Positions 1 through 8,983 of a stretch of 64,000 nucleotides of DNA are shown piece after piece; the first letter of the stretch is position 1; each line of letters opens with the position of its first letter. The notes beneath the pieces are model-generated. The model saw only the letters and a program-made list of their open reading frames with translations, was not told the origin of the DNA and ran no database searches. The translations under genes were made by a program, and so were the position numbers. This DNA comes from Nitrospirota bacterium (GTDB lineage Bacteria; Nitrospirota; UBA9217), in NCBI GenBank assembly GCA_963749655.1, contig CAVVOB010000029.1:25169-89168 (forward strand), given 5' to 3'.

Positions 1-1
1 C

Positions 2-376
2 CCTAACGACGTTCCCACATTAATAGAAATGATGGGTGATAATGATATGGCAGTACACGTAGACGCCGCACGAAAGCTGATGAAACGAGGAAAAGAACCT
101 TTTCTAACCGCATTACATCATAAAAACCCAAATGTACGTGCGGTGGCAGCTCACTCTTTAGGTCTTCTCCACGACCCATCAGTTCAGGCTGCTTTAATTG
201 AAAGCGCAACTGATCCTGATCAATATGTTCGTATGTGGTCGGCGTTTTCGCTTGGGGTAATAGGTGATGAGAACGCGCTGCCCACTCTAACTGCTCTAAC
301 GAAAGATAAAGTGGAAGTTGTTCGAGTTGATGCACAAGAAGCGATAGCCAAACTCGAAAAACGATTGAAACACTAA
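2..376 (+). CDS. HEAT-repeat protein (5'-partial cassette gene)
   Basis: Repeated 'NVRAVAAHSLG', 'YVRMWSAFSLG', 'VVRVDAQEAI' motifs; frame is open to the window edge; stop lies in the attC R'' box. Confidence 0.8.
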   Translation, partial: PNDVPTLIEMMGDNDMAVHVDAARKLMKRGKEPFLTALHHKNPNVRAVAAHSLGLLHDPSVQAALIESATDPDQYVRMWSAFSLGVIGDENALPTLTALTKDKVEVVRVDAQEAIAKLEKRLKH

Positions 377-428
377 CTAATCGTTCGAGTCCCGCGCTTA
401 CTGCGCGGGGCTCAACTCGTCGTTATCG
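371..428 (+). repeat. attC site 1
   Basis: CACTAAC ... GAGTCCCGCGC-TTACT-GCGCGGGGCTC ... GTTATCG. Confidence 0.85.
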
Positions 429-430
429 TC

Positions 431-586
431 TCAATCTGTTGCCGGTCCGTATGGTGGCAAATTATTTTCTTTGAGGTGCTTTTCCCACGCAACCTGATCC
501 CATGGCACATAGCCTGGATACGGCTCAATTTTAAATGCCTGATCCGTCAGGGGATCCGAAGGAAATAATTGTAATTGTTCACCCAT
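431..586 (-). CDS. 51-aa peptide in a reverse-oriented cassette (N-terminal QLQLF motif)
   Basis: Manual translation MGEQLQLFPSDPLTDQAFKIEPYPGYVPWDQVAWEKHLKENNLPPYGPATD*. The ORF fills the space between attC1 and attC2 almost exactly. No clear RBS. Confidence 0.6.
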   Translation of the reverse strand: MGEQLQLFPSDPLTDQAFKIEPYPGYVPWDQVAWEKHLKENNLPPYGPATD

Positions 587-588
587 GA

Positions 589-645
589 CGATAACCATAA
601 TTTCGACAACGACACGCTTCGCGGCGTGTCAAATTGTCGTTAGGC
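589..645 (+). repeat. attC site 2
   Basis: CGATAAC ... GACACGC-TTCGCG-GCGTGTC ... GTTAGGC. Confidence 0.85.
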
Positions 646-699
646 TGTAGATCAGGAAACATAATTGACCTAGACAATTCAAATGCAGAAGGGGGTATT

Positions 700-1758
700 A
701 TGTTCAAGATCAGCGCGTTCCCGAAGAAGAATCTGAAATGGTGGTTTCAGCAGGAAGCCACTATCGATTTTGATCCCGATTTCCAGCGAACTTCACGGGT
801 CTGGAAGGATAAGGACAAAGCATTTCTGATTGACTCTATCCTGAACGGTTTTGACATCCCCAAAATTTATGTTGCCGATTTCACAAAACACAATATCCCA
901 TCAATGAACCGTCACGGCAAGAGCTATGCTATTATCGACGGCAAACAAAGATTAACAGCTATCTTTGCGTTCCTCCACGATCGTTTACCACTCCACAAGA
1001 AATTTCGCCTGGAGTCCCAACCAATGCTGGATATCGGCAACCTGCGCTTCAGCGACCTCAAGAAGCAACAACCGCAAATCGCCAGAATCATCGATAAATA
1101 TGTCCTCGACGTCAAGGTTATCGAAACAGACGACCGAAAAAAGATCAACGATGTCTTTCTTCGCCTGAATAAGGCCTCTAAAGCTTTAAACGGAGCGGAG
1201 GTTCGCAACGCTATGATTGGGCAAGCAGTTGACGCGATACGCGACGTGGCGAAAGATAGTTTCTTCGTTCGTAGGATTCGCTTCTCTACGGATCGCAGCC
1301 AAGAACGCAATGCGACCGCGAAGATGCTGCTTCTTGAGTACGAAAGCGGTCCTACAGAGACAAAGAAAAAGAATTTAGACGCATTCGTCACAAGTATAGG
1401 CGAGAGTGGTAGTGGCCGGTTTAACCGCACCGTACGCCGGGTCAAGACCAATTTGAAAGTGCTCTCTAGCGTGTTCCGGAATCAGGACCCGTTATTAGGT
1501 GCTCAGGGGCATCTGCCCTTGTATTACATGTTCATATCGCGCCTTAGACCCGCGGACCGCCGGGCTGTTCGCGTCTTTCTTGAAACCCTTGAGCGGCAGA
1601 GGGTGCGTAATCGCAACAGGACTACTGCCGCCGGTGACCGCGCCTTGGACCAGTATGATCTTGCTAGCCGTAGTATCAACGATAAAATCAGTTTTGAGAC
1701 ACGCCTGCGGATTATCAGGGCTAAATATGTGTCTTGGAAGCGAAGCCATAGAATTTAG
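700..1758 (+). CDS. DUF262 (GmrSD/ParB-like) domain protein, cassette-borne
   Basis: Motifs 'PDFQR..VW', 'LIDSILNGFDIP', 'IIDGKQRLT', 'FLRLN...LNGAE'; ATG 700 follows a G-rich SD. Confidence 0.85.
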   Translation: MFKISAFPKKNLKWWFQQEATIDFDPDFQRTSRVWKDKDKAFLIDSILNGFDIPKIYVADFTKHNIPSMNRHGKSYAIIDGKQRLTAIFAFLHDRLPLHKKFRLESQPMLDIGNLRFSDLKKQQPQIARIIDKYVLDVKVIETDDRKKINDVFLRLNKASKALNGAEVRNAMIGQAVDAIRDVAKDSFFVRRIRFSTDRSQERNATAKMLLLEYESGPTETKKKNLDAFVTSIGESGSGRFNRTVRRVKTNLKVLSSVFRNQDPLLGAQGHLPLYYMFISRLRPADRRAVRVFLETLERQRVRNRNRTTAAGDRALDQYDLASRSINDKISFETRLRIIRAKYVSWKRSHRI

Positions 1759-1818
1759 GTGTCACACATCAGCCTTGACCTCAGCGGTCATGTAGCAAGC
1801 CGTTACCTATCATAATGA

Positions 1819-1875
1819 TCCCAACCACGCCGTCGAGAGGGTCGCAAAAACGCGCCCCTCACGGCGGCGTTGTAC
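1819..1875 (+). repeat. attC site 3
   Basis: TCCCAAC-CACGCCGT ... ACGGCGGC-GTTGTAC. Confidence 0.85.
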
Positions 1876-1908
1876 GTAAATAATGTTTTATCCTATTGAG
1901 GAGATAGC

Positions 1909-2346
1909 ATGCTTCCATCCAAAGACGGAATAGACAAATGGATAAAAGACCAGATATGGAAAATAGCAGCAGCGCCACTGCTATCGTTATTATCTCTTCT
2001 GAGTCCGAGTGTGAGAAAATTCCTAATTGACCACATTCTCCCATTGCTATCACAAAAAATACTGCTGATAACCACGCTGCTGTGCTCATACCTATCAGTT
2101 CTTTTGTTCCTAGCAATTTGTTCCCTCCGCAAAGAAATAAGAGATATTCAATGTCTAAAAGCCGACTTTGGAATTTATTGGGATAAAAATAAAAAACCAT
2201 TTTGCCCAAATTGTAAAATTCCACTCTCCGGCTATAGTGAAAATCCCCAGCCCGTTTTCTATTGTCATGGGCATGATAAGCTGGTTTATATACACGACAA
2301 TAAAGGCGTCCCCATTACCCAATCTGAAGCTCAAAGCAGATTATGA
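1909..2346 (+). CDS. Hypothetical membrane protein with C-terminal CxxC...CxxH zinc-ribbon-like motif
   Basis: GAGGAG SD; two hydrophobic segments; 'FCPNC...YCHGH'; bounded by attC sites. Confidence 0.65.
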   Translation: MLPSKDGIDKWIKDQIWKIAAAPLLSLLSLLSPSVRKFLIDHILPLLSQKILLITTLLCSYLSVLLFLAICSLRKEIRDIQCLKADFGIYWDKNKKPFCPNCKIPLSGYSENPQPVFYCHGHDKLVYIHDNKGVPITQSEAQSRL

Positions 2347-2359
2347 TAAAAGAACACGA

Positions 2360-2419
2360 TTACAACCACCGCGTCCACATCGACTCGCCAAAAAGCGGCG
2401 AGTGACGCGGACGTTAGTC
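2360..2419 (+). repeat. attC site 4
   Basis: TTACAAC-CACCGCGTCCAC..CGACTCGCC..GCGGCGAGTGACGCGGAC-GTTAGTC. Confidence 0.9.
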
Positions 2420-2439
2420 CTCAAAGGAGAAGTACTTCT

Positions 2440-3030
2440 ATGGCTTATCAAGGTCACAGAAAATTAATCGTAGGCCTCTCGCTGCTGATTATTCTATTAA
2501 TGCTAGGTTGTGACTTGACCGGTGCCAAAAATTCAAAACAAATAAGTTATTCAAATACGCTTAACACTCCCGAAGAAGTCGTCGCCCTGTTTTGCGACAT
2601 GGATTATTCTGGCAAGCGGTTATCAGGCTCAACATGGAAAGAAATTCTTCCATACATAACATGGCCGGATGAACCAGGTTGGGATACAGTTCTTGTGGTG
2701 TCAAAATACAAACTTGCAGACGTTAAGCGTTCGGACAACACCGCTGACATTACAGTTGAGTACCATGTCGTGGGCAAGTACGGCACAGAATTATTGCAGG
2801 TTGACAAGATTGAAAAGGTACCTTTCAAAGTAATCAAAACTGAAAATGGATGGAAAATTAATAGTCCCGACTCGATGTTGCCGCATGTTTCTCCAATGAC
2901 ATTATTGTCGAACTTGGAGGACAGACTTAAGGAAGAACAAGACTCGTCAATATCAAATAGGCTGCGACAAGAAATCGCTATCTTGAAAGCAAATCAAACT
3001 ACTAAAGTGCAACAAACAATGAAAGACTAA
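2440..3030 (+). CDS. Hypothetical lipoprotein (cassette)
   Basis: AAGGAG SD; signal peptide with lipobox 'MLGC'; NTF2-like C-terminal 'KTENGWKI'. Confidence 0.7.
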   Translation: MAYQGHRKLIVGLSLLIILLMLGCDLTGAKNSKQISYSNTLNTPEEVVALFCDMDYSGKRLSGSTWKEILPYITWPDEPGWDTVLVVSKYKLADVKRSDNTADITVEYHVVGKYGTELLQVDKIEKVPFKVIKTENGWKINSPDSMLPHVSPMTLLSNLEDRLKEEQDSSISNRLRQEIAILKANQTTKVQQTMKD

Positions 3031-3085
3031 TACCCGTCGTTCGACAGCGACGCGCCAAAGGCGGCGCATCAGGCGGGCGTTAGCG
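3025..3085 (+). repeat. attC site 5 (R'' variant GACTAAT)
   Basis: Family core CGACAGCGACGCGCCAAAGGCGGCGC; R' GTTAGCG. Confidence 0.8.
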
Positions 3086-3122
3086 CGATAATGATTTCTA
3101 TTGCCGCAGAGGACCTTACATA

Positions 3123-3689
3123 ATGAATACAAAGAATGGACAGATCATAGCGCATACGGACTATATCAATGCTCGATTTGAATCATCAAAATTACAATAT
3201 GCAATGATCATATCTATGATTTTTGTCGGGCCACTGGGGCTTCTCTATGGCTTCACTGGCTTACTGGCAAGTCAAGATTTTAAATTTAACGGACCAGTTA
3301 AGATAATGTTAGTCATAGTTTGCCTCGCTTTGGTCGGAGTTGCAGCAGTTTTCAAGTCACTAAGGAAATATTGGGTTTTTAAAATATCTACAACTCATAC
3401 CGGCATCACCTCTGTCGGTCTGTTCAGAACGATTTACGCAAATTGGCATGAAATAATGTCAATTGATGTCATTTCAACCGGAATCTTATTTGGCGGGCAA
3501 ATGGTTGTTGTTCGGACACGTCCAGGAGATTTTTATTTCCCATTAACCATGAAGGAAAAAGGAAATGAATTCCCTAAATTAGATTTATTGGGGGAAAAGT
3601 GGGTGGATTCCACTGGCTTGAAGAGACCGATTGCGCCAGAGAATTGCTCACTTTATTCAGCTGTAAAAAATAATCTAAGCAAACAATGA
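3123..3689 (+). CDS. Hypothetical membrane protein (2 TM + PH-like domain)
   Basis: GAGGA SD; two TM segments followed by 'GLFRTIYANWHEI'; attC-bounded. Confidence 0.65.
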   Translation: MNTKNGQIIAHTDYINARFESSKLQYAMIISMIFVGPLGLLYGFTGLLASQDFKFNGPVKIMLVIVCLALVGVAAVFKSLRKYWVFKISTTHTGITSVGLFRTIYANWHEIMSIDVISTGILFGGQMVVVRTRPGDFYFPLTMKEKGNEFPKLDLLGEKWVDSTGLKRPIAPENCSLYSAVKNNLSKQ

Positions 3690-3695
3690 CTATCT

Positions 3696-3755
3696 TTCCA
3701 ACATGCCGGTCCACAGCGACGCGCCAAAAGGCGGCGCGTGACCGGCGTGTTATCT
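3696..3755 (+). repeat. attC site 6
   Basis: TTCCAAC-ATGCCGGTCCACAGCGACGCGCCAAAAGGCGGCGCGTGACCGGCGT-GTTATCT. Confidence 0.92.
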
Positions 3756-4290
3756 GCGAAAAATTATGTCGATAAAACATCTATCACAAGTTGAAGTCGC
3801 AATAATAGGAGAATGCTTAAAGGCGGCCTCCTCTGGTCCTTTTTTACGTCAGGGACAATTCTTTGATGAAGAAGTCCTGGGCTTTAATCTTGACGAACTA
3901 CTTGACGTGTCTTCCAAATGGCCGCAGGTTTTCCTAGATAACAAAATTAATAGTGTCGTTAACAATGTACTCGCCGCGTTTATGCCAGATGGCTATCCAT
4001 TGTATAAACGAGAGGATTGGGACAAGTGGATATCGGCTTCGCCTGCCGAAGTTGACGAGATTTTAGCAAAATGGCGACGTCGCGATTGTCCGTTGAATGA
4101 AAAAGAAGCCGTTGAACTTGCCTCAAAGTACGCATTCAATGACGAAATTAATAACGCTGAATTTAAAATTGAAAAGAAGCCTGTTGCCAATTTCAAAGTC
4201 AACATCAGTTATAACAAATCTTGGGGCTGGGTCTTTAGACTAGAACCAGCATCAGATTTTTTAAGGCCAGTAGTGATAGTTAATAAATAT

Positions 4291-5667
4291 GGGTCTTCCG
4301 GGTTTAGTGTGGGTCATTTATAGCATCTGGGAGAAAGGAAGTCAGCACCTTCAGCTGAAGATACTCTTTATCCTTTATGCCATAAGCCCGACGTTGAATT
4401 ACCCGAATCTTGTTGTTTAATCCCTCCATGAACCCGAGGGAGACCTTGTTGTCGGGATGACAGTAACTGATGATTCCATCCCAGTGGCGTTCGATCATTG
4501 CAGCAAACTTTTGAAACGGTTCCAAGCGGCTCCAGCGAAGCTGTTCTTTCCAGTTCTCAAAGAACTTCCGTGCCCAGGTCGGATTGTTGTATGACCACAG
4601 CTGGCCGAAAGATTCCTTGAGTAAATAAGCCTTGTGAAGGCGGCTATTGGCCTTGAGTAGGAGTTTCAAAGCCCGCTTGCCATTCATATCCAGGTTGTCC
4701 CGGTTTGAAAGCAGCGTATAGCGCTGGCCCTTGATGAACCGTCGTTCTTTGTCATTGACACGTTTGTATTCGCTCCGCCTAACCTCATCCAAGGCGAACG
4801 ACAGGTGCCGGAGTACATGGAACTTGTCGAAGACGAGCTGAGCGTCCGGTGCATGGTGTTTAGTAGCGTTTCTGAAAGGCTTCCACATATCCATGACCGC
4901 CAGCTTGATGCCCTTCGATATATCCGGTCCAATTTCATTGAAGAAGAGGTCTAAATCCTCTTCCTTGCGGCCGTTGCCGCCAAGCCATATCGGGCGCTGC
5001 TGATCCAGATCGGCAACAACGATTGCATAGGTATGGCCCTTACGGATGGATATTTCATCGATGCCGATCACGCGAAGGTCCTTGGACGGCGGGTGCTTCG
5101 CCAGCAAATCACGCATGTAGCTTTTCTCGATGCGCTGGACCTGGTCCCAGCTTAAGCGGTTCATCTCAGCTACTCGCGATATGGACATTTCACGACACTG
5201 ACGCCCAATGGCCTGTTCGAACCGTCCGGTGAATCTCTTGGATGATGCCAGCCAGGCAAGGGTCTCTCGCTTCACGGCTTGGCACCTCCGGCAGAATATG
5301 CGGCGATACTCGAACTCGAGAGGATCCGAATGCCGCCGGAGTCCAGATCTCTGACCCGATGGTTGACGCGATCGTAGAAGCCTCGTCGGCTACTGCCACA
5401 GGAACAGGTAGTTTTTTTTGCCGTCGTCGCAGGATGATAATACGACCACCGGGATCGTCCGGGTCATCCTTTAACCGTGACTGGGCTCGAAATCCCGGAA
5501 AGCTATAGAGCGAGCTAAGGGTGGTCTTCTTCATAAGGCAAGACGATACCCTTTGCACCGAAACGTGTCAAGTTATCAAAGAGCAATAAATCGTTAAAAG
5601 CAGCTTCAAATGGGCCTTATATCCATATATATGCTTCTTAGTGACCCACAGGAAAGTCAGAAGATCC
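4291..5667 (-). mobile_element. ISL3-family insertion sequence
   Basis: 26-bp imperfect terminal IRs (GGGTCTTCCGGGTTTAGTGTGGGTCA / GGATCTTCTGACTTTCCTGTGGGTCA); 8-bp direct repeat ATAAATAT at 4283-4290 and 5668-5675. Confidence 0.93.
4304..5534 (-). CDS. ISL3 transposase (split over frames)
   Basis: 'IGIDEIS', 'VMDMWKPF', 'FDKFHV', 'EGLNNKIRVIQRRAYG' motifs. The N-terminal part is in other frames, with shifts near 5415 (A8 run) and 5320. Confidence 0.88.
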
Positions 5668-5774
5668 ATAAATATAACGGCTTTCATTTTGCTTGTTCGG
5701 ATAGTGCCGATAACCATGCGGCGAATTATGAAAAAACACTATCGAAGTGGGAACTGAGTTAAACGAACAACAAA

Positions 5775-5833
5775 AGATAACCTGCGCCTCGACAGCGACG
5801 CGCCAAAGGCGGCGCGTCAGCCGCGCGTTGAAC
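5775..5833 (+). repeat. attC site 7 (IS1182 inserted in its R' core)
   Basis: AGATAAC ... CGACAGCGACGCGCCAAAGGCGGCGCGTCA ... GTT|GAAC. Confidence 0.9.
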
Positions 5834-7623
5834 CTGTAGGAAAAGTCATTTCATGCTATAATGACGCCATCGAAACGCAGTACGGAAGCATCAAAACCCC
5901 TCACCCACGGGAGCGCGCATGGCGAAATACAAACATTACGATTATTCCCAAGGCAAATTCATTCCGATCAACTTCGACAAACAGATCCTCCACGGCACCT
6001 TCGAACACACCCTCCATTATCTCATCGACAACGACATCGACCTGTCCGCTTTTGACCTCCGGTACAAGAACGACGAAACCGGCGCTCCGGCCTACGATCC
6101 CCGGATTCTCTTAAAGATCGTCCTCTACGCCTATTCCAAAGGAATCACCTCAAGCAGAAAGATCGCCGACTGCTGCAACGATAACGTCGTCTTCATGGCC
6201 CTTTCCGCCGACACCCGGCCCCACTTCACGACAATCGCCGACTTCATCTCCTCCCATGACCAGGAAACGATGAACCTCTTCCTCGAAGTCCTCCTGATCT
6301 GCGACCAGATGGGCCTGATCGGCAAAGAGATGTTCGCCGTAGACGGCTGCAAACTCCCCTCGAACGCCTCGAAGGAGTGGAGCGGTACCAAGGAAGAACT
6401 CGAACATAAGAAAGAGAAGATGGAGAAGGCCATCCGGGAGATGATCGCGCAGCACAAGGAGCGGGACAAAACCGAGACCGACCAGGCGGTCATCGAGAAA
6501 GAAGAACAGTACATTTCAACGCTCAAGGCGAAGATCAAGAAGATAAAGACCTGGCTTGCTGAAAACGACGACAAGCCCGGCAGCAAGGGCAAGCCCCGGA
6601 AGAGCAACATAACCGATAACGAAAGCGCCAATATGAAGACTTCGCACGGGGTTGTCCAGGGATACAACGGCGTAGCCATGGTGGACAGCAAACACCAGGT
6701 AGTGGTCCATGCAGAGGCGACCGGAGACTCCGAATCCGCAATACTGAAACCCATGGTCGAAGGAACCCGGGAGAACTTCGAGACAATCGGCAAAGAAGAG
6801 GACATCTTCAAAAAGACCAAACTGACGACCGACGCCGGCTTCCACTCCGAAAAGAACGTGGAGATGGTAATCGAGGACGGCATCGACGCATACATCGCCG
6901 ACAACAAGTTCCGACACCGCGATCCCCGGTTTGCCGAAGCGGACAGACACAAGGAGAGGTTCAACAAGGAAGTTGCCAAACGATTCGACCGAGCCATCAT
7001 CTTTCAACCGCGCGACTTCACGGTAAGCCCGGACAAAAGCTTCTGCATCTGCCCGGCCGGGAAACGGATGTACAAATGCGGCAATGCGATCCATAATGGA
7101 CTACAGGCGATCAAGTACCACGGAACAAAACGAGATTGCATCCCTTGTCAGCTCAGGGCGAAGTGCATGAAGAACCCCGACGTGACCGAAACCCGTCAGT
7201 TCGCCCACTTTACCGGAAGGACCGACCAACAAGAACAAGACGTTCACGCAGAAGATGCGGGAGAAGATAGACTCGGTAGCCGGCAAGCTGATCTACGGAC
7301 GAAGAATGGCGACGGTCGAACCGGTCTTTGCCAATGTCCGGAGCAGCCTCGGCCTCGATCACTTCAGCCTCAGAGGGAAAAAGAAGGTGAGCATTCAGTG
7401 GCGGCTCTACTGCGTCGTGCACAATCTATTGAAGGTGCATCGATACGGGTTTGGATTCGCGGGTAGTTGAGGTAAAGGGAAGCCGAAAGGGAAAGAAAAT
7501 GCAGTAGCGAGATCGACCAGGACCGATTGAATCACGCAAAAGCTCAAATCAAGAACTCACCCTGATAAAAACTTGCTACCGGGGATCAATGATGCTTTTC
7601 AAATCGACTTTTTCTACAGACTC
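5830..7623 (+). mobile_element. IS1182-family insertion sequence
   Basis: Terminal IRs GAACCTGTAGGAAAAGTC / GACTTTTTCTACAGACTC; flanked on both sides by GTT (5827-5829, 7624-7626). Confidence 0.88.
5919..7470 (+). CDS. IS1182 transposase (one frameshift near 7227)
   Basis: 'GAPAYDPRILLKIVLYAY..G..SSRKI', 'AVDGCKL', 'DAGFHS'; the C-terminal 'RRMATVEPVFANV...HNLLK' is in the next frame (7255-7470). Confidence 0.88.
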
Positions 7624-7693
7624 GTTGGGGTTCAAAAAGGGACTTATTCTACAGACTCGTTATTCATACCGACGATGGAGGCACTCTCTCCCA

Positions 7694-8683
7694 ATGAGAA
7701 AAGGAACCTTTTTAAATTTGTGCGCATGTCTCGTCATATTTACATTTCCACATGATGTTCATGCAGACGATTCCGTTTACAGTGGGGATGGCATTGACGT
7801 TTACCCTTTACAAAGCGCGAACATTCAAATGGTCTCCGAAACAATCACCATTTCAGACAAGGGCGGCAGAGAAAGATTCGGCGTTGATGTCGATATGATC
7901 TTCAAGAATCACGGGCCTGATACTACGGTACAGATGGGGTTCCCAATTTTGATGGATGAGGTAGACGGCGAACGAGTAGAATTTGATCCGCATTTTCGGA
8001 CTTGGGTTAATGGAAAGGAAGTTCAAACCACTAGGAAACGCGGCATTCCACATCCAGTAAAGGATTATTATCATTTTTCTGATGCCGTTTATGCTTACGC
8101 CGTCTCTTTCAAGAGCGGAGAATCAATAAAAATAAAACATCAATATGCTGTTGGTGGCACTTTTGATTCGATTGGCGGCTGGAACTTCACTTACATTTTA
8201 CGAACGGGCGCCTTGTGGAAAGGTGTGATTGAAGATTTTTCTATGATTTATAAAACCAACGTCGTGAATGCCCCCAACATTATTGGCTCACTCCCGAAGG
8301 AACAGAAGGCATCCTTGGATGGCTCGGAGATAACTCTTTTCTGGCACATAAATAACTTTAAACCGCAAAGTGATTTCAAATTGATAGGGGGCAGCTCAAG
8401 TTTCGCGTTAATGAAGCAAACCGTGGATGAAGATTTGAGAGGTGTTAAAAAATTTACGTTGATTATGACTTCTGCAGAGCTGAGATACGCCAAGAATAAG
8501 GTCTTCGCATTTTATGGCTATCCTTTCAAAAATGCTTTTGTTAAAAAGCAATTTTATTATCCGGGTTCGCAATACAAGGAAAACTCTTCCTATTCCGAGC
8601 AGAAGGTGTCGAAGGAACATTTGAGCTACATTGAGTTGTTGTCAAAGCTCGAAGAAGCTAGGTTGAAATCAGAGAAATTCTAA
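7694..8683 (+). CDS. Secreted DUF4424-like / YARHG-domain protein (cassette)
   Basis: GGAGG SD; signal peptide; 'YILRTGALWKG.I'; C-terminal YARHG-like 'ELRYAKNKVFAFYGYPFKN'. Confidence 0.75.
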   Translation: MRKGTFLNLCACLVIFTFPHDVHADDSVYSGDGIDVYPLQSANIQMVSETITISDKGGRERFGVDVDMIFKNHGPDTTVQMGFPILMDEVDGERVEFDPHFRTWVNGKEVQTTRKRGIPHPVKDYYHFSDAVYAYAVSFKSGESIKIKHQYAVGGTFDSIGGWNFTYILRTGALWKGVIEDFSMIYKTNVVNAPNIIGSLPKEQKASLDGSEITLFWHINNFKPQSDFKLIGGSSSFALMKQTVDEDLRGVKKFTLIMTSAELRYAKNKVFAFYGYPFKNAFVKKQFYYPGSQYKENSSYSEQKVSKEHLSYIELLSKLEEARLKSEKF

Positions 8684-8685
8684 GC

Positions 8686-8742
8686 GTATAACATGCCGGT
8701 CCACAGCGACGCGCCTTGCGGCGCGTGACCGGCTCGTTAGTT
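8686..8742 (+). repeat. attC site 8
   Basis: GTATAAC-ATGCCGGTCCACAGCGACGCGCCTTGCGGCGCGTGACCGGCTC-GTTAGTT. Confidence 0.92.
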
Positions 8743-8961
8743 TTCAGGATCACTCGGCAATTCATGCCAATGCGTAAATGCGTTTATATCCTGCGCTCCG
8801 GCACGTCCAATGCAAGACCAATATGCGTCTTTCGTCCACATAGACAATGAACCAAGTGCTTTAACGCAACCATGCGGCTCAAATGAAAAATGCCTGTTGA
8901 TATTAACAAGAGCCACAACGGTATCAGGAGAAGGTAGTTTCTCTTTTATAGAAATCCACAT
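8737..8961 (-). CDS. DUF551-like (phage-type) small protein in a reverse-oriented cassette
   Basis: N-terminal 'WISIKEKLP' and C-terminal 'THWHELPSDP' match the DUF551 pattern; GAAAGG SD; stop codon lies in the GTTAG core site. Confidence 0.75.
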   Translation of the reverse strand: MWISIKEKLPSPDTVVALVNINRHFSFEPHGCVKALGSLSMWTKDAYWSCIGRAGAQDINAFTHWHELPSDPEN

Positions 8962-8983
8962 ACTGCCTTTCCGCGCCCTGGAA

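Larger units (their letters stand above)
3766..5762 (+). pseudogene. Cassette gene (~203 aa) interrupted by ISL3
   Basis: Frame 3766-4290 resumes after the IS and the duplicated ATAAATAT at 5676 (NGFHFACSDSADNHAANYEKTLSKWELS*, stop 5762), just before attC7. Confidence 0.8.

Noticed and set aside
5828-5862. Hybrid promoter formed at the attC/IS1182 junction (TTGAAC...TATAAT)
   Set aside because: The spacer is 23 bp; the TGcTATAAT extended -10 alone is a simpler explanation.
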